Of a DNA stretch of 38,337 bases, positions 17,385 to 25,665 are shown in pieces (the stretch's first letter is position 1; every line of letters begins with the position of its first letter). The DNA is from a bacterium (GTDB taxonomy: Bacteria > Hinthialibacterota > Hinthialibacteria > Hinthialibacterales > Hinthialibacteraceae): the NCBI GenBank assembly GCA_041946805.1, contig JBHGBC010000046.1, positions 1 to 38,337 of the forward strand. Reading direction: 5' to 3'. The notes below the pieces were generated by a model, which saw nothing but the letters and a program-made list of their open reading frames with translations, had not been told where the DNA came from and did no database searches. A program made the translations under genes and the position numbers.

Positions 17385-19046
17385 ATGCCGCGCCGCTCCC
17401 GCTGGTTTTTCTCGAGTATGGGTTTGGTTTGTTTCGCGCTGGGCGCTCTTACGCAATCACGGATCGAGGACCTGATCACCCGCCACACTCTCGACGAGGC
17501 TCAAAAAGTCCTCGGCTGGCAATTCACTTCATCCGAGAAGGAACTCATGCTGGATGATCTGCGGGACAGCCTCCAAACCTACCAGCGGCTTCACGCGCGG
17601 CCCTTGCCGTATTCCGTTCCTCCCGCGCTGGTCTATCTTCCCGAACCTCCCCAACCCGCGGCGAGGACATCCGAAGATTCCATCCGCCTCAGCCCGCCAA
17701 TCCATGCCGACGCGCCAAAATCCCTCGAAGACCTGGCCTTCTACAGCGTCCGGGACCTGGGCGAACTCATCCGCGCCCGCCAAATTACTTCAACCCAGTT
17801 GACGAATCTCTATCTCGAGCGGTTGAAGAAATACGATCCTCTACTCAATTGCGTGATCACCCTGACCGAAGACCTGGCGCTGAAACAAGCGCGGCGGGCG
17901 GATGAGGAGATCGCGGCGGGACACTACCGCGGGCCCCTCCATGGCATTCCCTACGGGGCCAAGGACCTGCTGGCGGTGAAGGGCTACAAGACCACCTGGG
18001 GGGCCGCCCCCTACAAAGACCAGGTGCTCGTCGAAGACGCCACGGTGATCCAACGGCTGGAACAGGCCGGCGCGGTGCTCGTGGCCAAGCTGACAACGGG
18101 CGAACTGGCCTGGGATGACATCTGGTTCGGCGGGCAGACCTGCAATCCCTGGAACCTGGAGCAAGGTTCGAGCGGTTCCTCGGCCGGGCCCGCGGCCGCC
18201 GTGTCCGCGGGATTGGCGGCCTTCGCCATCGGCAGCGAGACGTGGGGATCGATCGTCTCCCCCTGCACGCGCTGCGGGGTGACGGGCCTGCGCCCCACCT
18301 TCGGCCGCGTGAGCCGGACGGGAGCCATGGCCCTGAGCTGGTCGATGGACAAGCTCGGCCCCATCGCCCGCACGGTGGAGGATTGCGCCATCGTTCTCGA
18401 CGCCATCCGCGGAGCGGACGGCCTCGATCCGGCCGCCGTGGACCGCCCGTTCCGATACACTCCCGATGTCGATCTGAGCCGTCTGCGCGGCGGATATGTG
18501 GCGGGCGATTTCAAACTGGAGGACGAGAACCAGGCCAACGACCGGGAGACACTGGATGCCCTGCGCGCCCTGGGATGCCGGCTGGCGCCCATTGCCCTGC
18601 CGGATGACGCCGTGAATTCCCTGGGCTTCATCTTGAGCGCGGAAGCGGCGGCGGCCTTCGATGAGCTGACCCGCTCCGGCCGCGACGATCTCCTCACCCG
18701 TCAGACCCCCAACGCCTGGCCGAACACCTTCCGGTCCGCGCGCTTCATCCCGGCGGTTGAATATCTTCAGGCCAACCGGCTGCGGTATGAATTGCTCCAG
18801 AAAATGAAGAAACTATTTGACGAAATCGATTTCTATGTCGCTCCGTCTCTCGAAGGTTCAAATTCCCTGCTGACCAATTTGACCGGCCATCCCTGCGTGG
18901 TGGTCCCCAATGGATTCACCGGACCCGGCGCGCCCGGAAGTATCTGCTTCATCGGCGATCTCTATGACGAACCCACCGTGCTCGCCGTGGCCAAGGCGTA
19001 CCAGGACGCCACAGGCCATCATCTCCCACATCCGGAATTGAAATGA
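17385..19046 (+). CDS. Amidase-signature family enzyme, probably exported
   Basis: AAGGAGG RBS; N-terminal hydrophobic segment; GPLHGIPYGAKD (catalytic Lys), GSSGSSAG and GSETWGSIVSP (Ser-cisSer-Lys triad). Confidence 0.93.
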   Translation: MPRRSRWFFSSMGLVCFALGALTQSRIEDLITRHTLDEAQKVLGWQFTSSEKELMLDDLRDSLQTYQRLHARPLPYSVPPALVYLPEPPQPAARTSEDSIRLSPPIHADAPKSLEDLAFYSVRDLGELIRARQITSTQLTNLYLERLKKYDPLLNCVITLTEDLALKQARRADEEIAAGHYRGPLHGIPYGAKDLLAVKGYKTTWGAAPYKDQVLVEDATVIQRLEQAGAVLVAKLTTGELAWDDIWFGGQTCNPWNLEQGSSGSSAGPAAAVSAGLAAFAIGSETWGSIVSPCTRCGVTGLRPTFGRVSRTGAMALSWSMDKLGPIARTVEDCAIVLDAIRGADGLDPAAVDRPFRYTPDVDLSRLRGGYVAGDFKLEDENQANDRETLDALRALGCRLAPIALPDDAVNSLGFILSAEAAAAFDELTRSGRDDLLTRQTPNAWPNTFRSARFIPAVEYLQANRLRYELLQKMKKLFDEIDFYVAPSLEGSNSLLTNLTGHPCVVVPNGFTGPGAPGSICFIGDLYDEPTVLAVAKAYQDATGHHLPHPELK

Positions 19047-19065
19047 GGCCGAAGGGGAAACACGT

Positions 19066-19725
19066 TCACCCGCCCTCTTCCACCGGGAGGAACGGCTTCA
19101 ACGGGCATTCCTCGCAACGGGGGGTCTTGCGGCAATACTGATTGCCCACCGCCACCAACTGGGCGTGGAAATCGTTGTACAATTCCACATCCGGGCGGAT
19201 CCGGTCCTGATAGAATTCCCGTAATCCCTCGTAATCGGTTCCTTCCGGAACCCAGCCATGCCGGGTGGCGATCCGGTAAGTGTACAGATCCACCACAAAC
19301 GTCAGATGCCCGCCCGCGTAGAGCAAAATCGAGTCGGCGGTCTCCGGTCCGATGCCTTTCACCTGGAGCAATTTCTCCCGCAGAACCTTGGTATCCTCCC
19401 GGAACATGCGGTTCAGGCTCCCGCGGTATTCGCGCCGCAGAAACGCCAGGAACGCCTTGAGCTTGAGGGCCTTCTGATTGTAATAACCGGACGGGCGGAT
19501 CAATTCGGCCAGTTGTTCGCGGGGAATGGCCCGCAGGCCCTTGATGGACAGGACGCCCGCTTCCTTGAGCCGGCCGATGGCTTTCTCCACGTTTTTCCAG
19601 GCGGTGTTTTGCGTCAGGATGGCCCCCACGATGATTTCCAGCGGCGTCTCGCCCGGCCACCAGTTCCGGTGACGAAAATGATTGAGCAGCGTGTGGTATA
19701 TTTCGAGCAAATCGACCGCGGGCAT
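19066..19725 (-). CDS. HhH-GPD / endonuclease III-related DNA glycosylase
   Basis: WWP.ET.LEIIVGAILTQNT.W.NV, IRPSGYYNQKA, LL.VKGIGPETADSILLYA and FVVD. ATG 19725 follows an AGAGG RBS, whereas the 19788 start lies inside a REP unit. Confidence 0.92.
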   Translation of the reverse strand: MPAVDLLEIYHTLLNHFRHRNWWPGETPLEIIVGAILTQNTAWKNVEKAIGRLKEAGVLSIKGLRAIPREQLAELIRPSGYYNQKALKLKAFLAFLRREYRGSLNRMFREDTKVLREKLLQVKGIGPETADSILLYAGGHLTFVVDLYTYRIATRHGWVPEGTDYEGLREFYQDRIRPDVELYNDFHAQLVAVGNQYCRKTPRCEECPLKPFLPVEEGG

Positions 19726-19781
19726 GCGTGTTTTCCTCTGTACGTGCTCGGAATGGTTCTTCAATCCCCTATTTTCCAAGA

Positions 19782-19810
19782 ATGTCATCCCCGCGAAAGC
19801 GGGGATCCAG
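19782..19810. repeat. REP-like family A, inverted copy
   Basis: atgtcatccccgcgaaagcggggatccag is the exact reverse complement of 20270-20298. Confidence 0.92.
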
Positions 19811-19933
19811 TTTCATGCCCAGGTTATCAGAATATCAGGAAATAAGGTGTTTGGATTATGAATGATGTGGAACAGGAAACAATGGAGTATTCTGTTTCAA
19901 TGGTCTTCTCTCACCCCAACCCTCTCCCGGGGT

Positions 19934-20327
19934 GCTGATCTTTACCCACAAGTCCTGATCCATCAAAAGCTTTTCATCCCCGCAGGGGATCCACGGGAGT
20001 AGCCGTAGGTTTTAACCTACGGCGGCGGTAACGGATTCTGCCATGATTACGCTACATGAAAGACGGGGCGCGTGGCAACGTGCCCCTGCTTTCCACGGGC
20101 TGGAAGTATGTATTCGATGCGTCCCTGGTTGAATACGGCTCACCCGGAGGTTCGCCCTCCCGTCCACGGAGGTGGAGTAGGCCCGCAAATCAATTCTGGG
20201 GACACGGTTCGCGCCCCTTTCATGGGGCCGCCGAATAGTAGCCCAGGGGTTCAACCCTGGGCCCGTGGACTGGATCCCCGCTTTCGCGGGGATGACATCC
20301 TGATATGACTTGTGGGTAAAGATCAGC
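19934..20327. mobile_element. Putative non-autonomous MITE/REPIN-like element with perfect 21-bp terminal inverted repeats
   Basis: gctgatctttacccacaagtc (19934-19954) pairs with gacttgtgggtaaagatcagc (20307-20327). The interior is non-coding and made of REP-like units, and the flanks are two halves of a family B hairpin. Confidence 0.65.
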
Positions 20328-20350
20328 CCTTGGGGAGAAGGGGAGCAACA

Positions 20351-20388
20351 ACAAAACCAAACCGGGGACGCTGTCCAGCGCCCCCGGT
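20351..20388 (-). terminator. Rho-independent terminator of the thioester protein gene
   Basis: On the minus strand, the accgggggcgctg/cagcgtccccggt stem is followed by ttggttttgt, ~35 nt after the stop codon. Confidence 0.75.
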
Positions 20389-20422
20389 CTCGTTCATGAA
20401 CCTTGGATGGACCGGCCGATCG

Positions 20423-23400
20423 TTATTCGACGATCAGCGCGGGGCCTCCGGTTTCCGCGCGGGTTTCGGGCTTGTAGTAGAGATACGCGGCGCTGGTTCC
20501 GCCATCAACCTTCACCGGCATGTCGGCCTTCACCTGGAAGGCAAACTCGAACGGCTCGCCGCTGGTCAGCGATTCCAGGTAGAAGATGATCTTCCGCCCC
20601 GCCTGCTCGATGCGGCTCATCCCCTTGATTTCCCGCACGCGGTCGAGGGATTCGGGGATGACCGAAAAGCCGGTGGGCACCGAGACATCCACGATGGCCA
20701 TGCTGGTCTTCTTCTCGGTTCCCGTGTAATTCACGGAAACCTGGACATCGACCTTGTCATCCACCTGGATGTGCTCGGAGGAATATTTCACCGTCAGGAG
20801 CATATCCTGACCGACCGGCTCCAGGAACGCGGGGATGTTGAAGGCATGCAGGATTTGGTACATCACGGTCCCCTTCCCCGACGATTTCAGGGTGACTTGA
20901 TCCGCCGGCTCCAGTTCCAGCATCTGCAGGACATCGAAATTGGCTTCGTTCAGGGTGAAAGTCTTCACGGACTGGCCGTTGACGATCACCTCGACCTGCG
21001 CGTCCAGGTTGCGGCTCTGGGTGACGGCTGCCGCGGTCAGGGCCTTGAGGGCCACCACGGTGTCCTGGGTGGTGCCATACCCGCCCAGGCTGTTGCGCTG
21101 CGCCGCCAGCCAACGGAGAGCCGATTGCGCCTCCACCCGGTTCTTGGCGGTCAACGCCATCGCCGCGTAGCCGGTGGTCTCGATCGGATTGGGCTCCCAA
21201 TGCAGCCCGTTCCCATCCACCACCGCCTGGCCGAGCAGTTTCTCCACGGCGTTGTCGGCCGCGGAACGGTCCGCCTTGATCAGCGCGTACGTGATCAGGG
21301 ACAAAACATACGAGTCCATCTTGTCCGCCGTGATCTGGCTTTCCAGGTACGACACCGCTTTTTGCACCACGGCCGTGTCGGCCTGGCCGTAATCCAGCAG
21401 GGCCAACGTGACATACGCGGTCAGGGCCAGGTTGCCGTTTTGCCCGCCGACCAGTTCCGAGTGAATGACGAAGCCCACCGGCTCCCACGAGCCATCCGCC
21501 TTCTGGCGGTCGGTGATCCACTTGGCGGCGTTGGACAGCACCGTGTCGTCGATGGTCTGCACTTCGCGGGCGTTGCTGAAGGTGGAGAGGACAAACGCGG
21601 TGAGCCACAGGCTGCCGCTGTCGTCCTGCTGGCCGAAGGCGGAGAACGAACCGTCATCCCGCTGGAAGGTCAGCTCGCGCTGGTAGCCGGTCATGATGAA
21701 GAACTCGGCCTTGGCGCGCAATTCGGGGACGCTCTGACCCGTGGCCTTCAGGTAGCGCAAGATCTCGATATCCGGCGCGAGAAAGATCATGTTCTGCTCG
21801 CCGCAGCCGTAAGGCATGCCCAGCAGGTCGCCGAGGCCTTCGAGCGCCTGACCCAGCAGGCTGGCGGTCACGGCCACGCGCAGTTTTTCGGAATCGGGCA
21901 CCACGATTTCCTTGAACGGGATGTCTTCCGGCAGGCGGATGAGGGGATTGGGCACGCTCAGATCGACGGTCACCTCGGTGGCGTCCACCAGCGAGCCGTT
22001 ATGCACGATCTCCCGCCGCAATCCTTCCGGCTCGACCAGCAGGTCCTTGCGCAGCGCGTCGGCCCGGTTGGCGGATTGTGCGATCAACGACACCGGCAGC
22101 AGGCCGACGGTGGTGGGTTTCAGGGTGAAGACGGCGGAGCGGCCGCTGTTGCCCGGGACTTGGATGATCTGCTCCGCGTCGCCCGTCAATCCCAGGCTTT
22201 CGGGATTTTGCAGCGTGATGCGGATGGTTTGCTCGCTGTCCGTGTAGTTGAACACCCGCACGCTCATCGGGAACTCGTCGCCCCGGATCACCGAATACGG
22301 CAAGTCCGGCTCCGCGAAGAAGTCCTGGAACACCCGGATCGCGCCTTCGGTGATGCCTACGCCCTGGGGCGACGTGGAGAGCGCGTGCAGTTTCCAGGTG
22401 GTGATGCTGTCGGGCGCGGTCAGGTTCAACACGGCGGAACCCTGATTGTCGGTCAGCAGTTCCGGACTCCACAGCCACGTCTCGGGGAAGAAAGTCCGCA
22501 CGCGCGACGGTTCCTGGTACGCGGATTGGCTGCCTCCTCCCCCGGCGGTGTCCTCGAAATCGGCCACGGGACCGAGCACTTCCGGCGGCAGGTTTTTGCG
22601 GATTCCGGGAATACCCCACAAGCTCCAGGGATCCATCTGCTGCGCCTTGGGAACCGACAGACCTTCCGTGGTAAGTATTTGCAGGTTGTTGTCGTTCAGG
22701 ATATCCGCGCTGCCTTTCCCCGCGGATATGGTCCGGGAGATGATCGGTCCCTCGTTTGGATCTTGATGGACCTCGATCTGCGGCTCCATGAAGATGCTCT
22801 CCAACTCGGCGAAGACGTTGCGCAGGTTGAGGCGTCCCTCCACCAACGCGAAGACCGATTCATCCACCAGCGCCAGGCCGACCATGGATTGCCCCTCGCT
22901 TTGCACCGACAAGGTGACGGGATCGCCCGGTTTCACCTCTTCCGCGCTGAAGGAGGCGTTCAGGCTGGTGGTGGAGGTCATCTCCACGTCAAACGGCAGC
23001 ACGTCCGCCGATACTTCGTTGTTGGGTTGGATCATATACGCCACCAGCCGCGCCGAGGGGCTCATCCCCGGGGTGACCGGGAAGCGGATCTCGTTGCCAT
23101 CGGCGGTGTTGGAAAACAGGGTGCGGCCGTTGGCATACACATCGTAGAACACCGTCCCGGAGGTGGTGGCCATCACGCTGAACACCGCTTCATCGCCGGG
23201 CTTGAGCACGCCTTCGTTCTGCTGCCGGAGATGGATGTAATACGAGCCGGGCGAATAGGCGGCGGATAACATTTGGGAAATTTCCTGCGTGTTGTCATCC
23301 AGCTTCGCCCGGAGGGTGATGAAGGCAAGCAAGGATTTCGCGGGGACCTTGTAATTGAACACCGCCAGGCCGTTTTGCGTATCGACGGTCTGATCGATCT

Positions 23401-25555
23401 TGCCCAAGTCCGCCCCGTTCTCGCCCACGAAATTGATTTCGACTTGCACCGGCAGTGACAGGGGCCCGCCGCCCGGGGTTTCGGAAATGATCAGAATATC
23501 CTGGTCGAGGCCCGGCTTGATCACCTCCGATTCGGGGATCATCTTCAGCGTGACGCCGGCGTCGGTAATCCGGGCGATCGCGTCAGTGGATTCCTGATGC
23601 CCGGTTTCGTCGGTGACGGTCACCTTGAGTTGCAGGGTCCCATCGCCCTCCGCGCCCGTGGTTCCCGCGGTGTAAACCACCGGCGGCAGATCGAATTCAA
23701 AGCGGCCGTCCGTCAGTGTGCCGGATTGCGTGGCGTATTTGTCCCACGTCCCGACGTAGCGCAGGGCCTCGATGTCCACCTGGCCCTTCACCACCTGGCC
23801 GAAGAAATAGCGGCAATCCACGCTCCCCTTGATCCGCTCGCTGACCAGGAACCAATCCTTGGGGAGGTTGAGTTTGACTTCAAAGGAGGGCAGGACATAC
23901 TTATCCACCTCGATGTCCAACTCGGTTTTGGAATCGTCCCCGGTCTGGGCGGTGATCTTCCAAGTCCCGAAGTTGAGCTCGTTGGCCAGCGGCAGTTCGA
24001 ACGAAGCGACGCCGAACGCGTTGGCTTTCAGGGCCTGTTTGTGGATTTTGATCCCCTTGGCGTCGGAGATGGACAATTCGATATCGCCCTCCAACGGCTG
24101 CAGCGAGTTGTTCAAAAAGATCACACGGCCCTGAATCTTTTGGCCCGGTTTGTAGATCGGCTTGTCGGTCTCGATAATCAACAAACCCGCGTTCTTCACG
24201 CTCGCCTGCCCCTTGAGGACCGTTTCCCCTCCAGTTTGCAGCGACACGGTCCAGGTGCCTTCGGCGAGCGGCGGGACCATCAGCGTCTTCGTGGAAAAGC
24301 CCTTCGTGTCGGTCACGCCCTGGGCCAGGGTGATCTCCTGGTCCGGGCTGCTGAGCCGCACCGTGTAGGGCAGGCTGACCGGCGTATGGGAATCGAGGTC
24401 CATGGTGGTGAGGGAAAACGAGCTTTGGCTGCCGTTGAACAGTTCCTTGGGCAAAATCATGGCCGCGGCCAGGGTTATGGGGATCTCCACGGGAACCGCC
24501 GCGTCCAGCCCCTGGATGGAATTGAGCGAATAAGCCGTGGCCCACAATGTATCGACCGCCAGCTCCGAAGCGGCCGCGCCTCCTCCATTCTGCGCGAACA
24601 GGTACAGCGTCTCGCCCTGCATCGGGAAATAGCCGCCGATCCAGATGGATTTCGTCCCCGGATAAGCAGGCAGCGTATTGTTATGAACAAATACCCCGGC
24701 ATTCCAGCGGCCGGTGCTGAGCACCAAGGCGGTGGTACCCGCCTCGCCGGAAATCCGGCCGGCTTGCGTGCTGGCCACCAGGAGCGATTCATCTTGAAGG
24801 GAATCAGGCAGTTGGATTTGCACTCCCGCGTTGGCGGCCGTGCCCTGCCCGGGCGCCGCCAGTTTCAGGAGGCCTTTTTCCGCGTCATACCCCACGGTCC
24901 CCTGGTCGCCGTTGACATTGGTCAGCAGGCGCGGATCGGGAGCATTGAAAGTCCCATCGGGAACCGAAACCAGGGGCTGCATATCCGCCGGAACGTAGGG
25001 ATACAGCGAAAATCCATACAGAACAATCACGCCCGGCTCGGACGCGCCGGCATCCAGGGATACTTGGACGGCGGGCAGGTACTGGCCGGAGGGGGCGGAA
25101 TATATCAAGTGTAACTGCCGGACAGGAGGCAATTGGGGATCGGCGGCGACGGTCATCAAGGTGTATCCCAGCTGATTGTCCGGAACACCGTCCGGAGCGT
25201 TGAGCCCCACCACCGCCAGTTGCGCGCTGCCGGACAGAATCCCGTATTCCAGGGTGATGACCTGCGGCTCGACGCCGGCCGCGACGGGATTCTTGACGGC
25301 CAGCAAGGTGGCCTCGCCCGGCTTCACCTCCACCCGGTAGCCTTCACCGAACGCGTTGTTGGTCAAAAAGAGGCCGGATTCGGCGGCGGGAGCAGTGTAA
25401 TTCGTCACCGGGATCGAAATAAACTCTTGATTTTGCAGGGCTTTTTGTGTGAAGGGATACGTGGCGAGGGGCTTCGCGCCCGCGGCCAGGACCGATAAGC
25501 AAAGCAATACGACGGTAAACATCACCGTCACGCGGCGAGAACGGTACATGCACAT
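20423..25555 (-). CDS. Alpha-2-macroglobulin/complement-family thioester protein (CD109/TEP-like) with an extra ~350-aa N-terminal region
   Basis: Signal peptide; IETDKPIYKPGQ, KYVLPSFEV, VDESV, VRTFFPETWLW, PDSITTW, MPYGCGEQNM (GCGEQ at 21794-21808), GYQRELTFQR.DGSFSAFG, WLTAFVL, TQDTVVAL, and C-terminal MAIVDVSVPTGF receptor-binding-type domain. Confidence 0.95.
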   Translation of the reverse strand: MCMYRSRRVTVMFTVVLLCLSVLAAGAKPLATYPFTQKALQNQEFISIPVTNYTAPAAESGLFLTNNAFGEGYRVEVKPGEATLLAVKNPVAAGVEPQVITLEYGILSGSAQLAVVGLNAPDGVPDNQLGYTLMTVAADPQLPPVRQLHLIYSAPSGQYLPAVQVSLDAGASEPGVIVLYGFSLYPYVPADMQPLVSVPDGTFNAPDPRLLTNVNGDQGTVGYDAEKGLLKLAAPGQGTAANAGVQIQLPDSLQDESLLVASTQAGRISGEAGTTALVLSTGRWNAGVFVHNNTLPAYPGTKSIWIGGYFPMQGETLYLFAQNGGGAAASELAVDTLWATAYSLNSIQGLDAAVPVEIPITLAAAMILPKELFNGSQSSFSLTTMDLDSHTPVSLPYTVRLSSPDQEITLAQGVTDTKGFSTKTLMVPPLAEGTWTVSLQTGGETVLKGQASVKNAGLLIIETDKPIYKPGQKIQGRVIFLNNSLQPLEGDIELSISDAKGIKIHKQALKANAFGVASFELPLANELNFGTWKITAQTGDDSKTELDIEVDKYVLPSFEVKLNLPKDWFLVSERIKGSVDCRYFFGQVVKGQVDIEALRYVGTWDKYATQSGTLTDGRFEFDLPPVVYTAGTTGAEGDGTLQLKVTVTDETGHQESTDAIARITDAGVTLKMIPESEVIKPGLDQDILIISETPGGGPLSLPVQVEINFVGENGADLGKIDQTVDTQNGLAVFNYKVPAKSLLAFITLRAKLDDNTQEISQMLSAAYSPGSYYIHLRQQNEGVLKPGDEAVFSVMATTSGTVFYDVYANGRTLFSNTADGNEIRFPVTPGMSPSARLVAYMIQPNNEVSADVLPFDVEMTSTTSLNASFSAEEVKPGDPVTLSVQSEGQSMVGLALVDESVFALVEGRLNLRNVFAELESIFMEPQIEVHQDPNEGPIISRTISAGKGSADILNDNNLQILTTEGLSVPKAQQMDPWSLWGIPGIRKNLPPEVLGPVADFEDTAGGGGSQSAYQEPSRVRTFFPETWLWSPELLTDNQGSAVLNLTAPDSITTWKLHALSTSPQGVGITEGAIRVFQDFFAEPDLPYSVIRGDEFPMSVRVFNYTDSEQTIRITLQNPESLGLTGDAEQIIQVPGNSGRSAVFTLKPTTVGLLPVSLIAQSANRADALRKDLLVEPEGLRREIVHNGSLVDATEVTVDLSVPNPLIRLPEDIPFKEIVVPDSEKLRVAVTASLLGQALEGLGDLLGMPYGCGEQNMIFLAPDIEILRYLKATGQSVPELRAKAEFFIMTGYQRELTFQRDDGSFSAFGQQDDSGSLWLTAFVLSTFSNAREVQTIDDTVLSNAAKWITDRQKADGSWEPVGFVIHSELVGGQNGNLALTAYVTLALLDYGQADTAVVQKAVSYLESQITADKMDSYVLSLITYALIKADRSAADNAVEKLLGQAVVDGNGLHWEPNPIETTGYAAMALTAKNRVEAQSALRWLAAQRNSLGGYGTTQDTVVALKALTAAAVTQSRNLDAQVEVIVNGQSVKTFTLNEANFDVLQMLELEPADQVTLKSSGKGTVMYQILHAFNIPAFLEPVGQDMLLTVKYSSEHIQVDDKVDVQVSVNYTGTEKKTSMAIVDVSVPTGFSVIPESLDRVREIKGMSRIEQAGRKIIFYLESLTSGEPFEFAFQVKADMPVKVDGGTSAAYLYYKPETRAETGGPALIVE

Positions 25556-25623
25556 GGAAGTTTCCCTCCGAGGGATTTGGACCTGTTTTTTCCTATTTAC
25601 CTTCTCATTCGACCTAATATATC

Positions 25624-25637
25624 GTGATAACGTTCAC
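25624..25637. promoter_or_regulatory. CRP/FNR-family-like box GTGA-N6-TCAC upstream of the thioester protein gene
   Basis: gtga-taacgt-tcac lies in an AT-rich 110-nt gap, ~70 nt upstream of the start codon. Confidence 0.35.
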
Positions 25638-25665
25638 TTGCTTTCATTTTTCTTAATGAACCCTT

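Noticed and set aside
17385..19046. gatA (Glu-tRNA amidotransferase subunit A)
   Set aside because: It has an N-terminal export-like segment, no gatC/gatB neighbours, and GSETWGS rather than GSDTGGSIRQP, so it is a general amidase.
20312..23269. 985-aa plus-strand ORF and other long antisense ORFs (e.g. 639-1577, 14815-16908, 23597-25114, 36040-37776)
   Set aside because: They lie opposite well-supported genes, show no recognisable motifs, and are expected shadows of high-GC codon usage.
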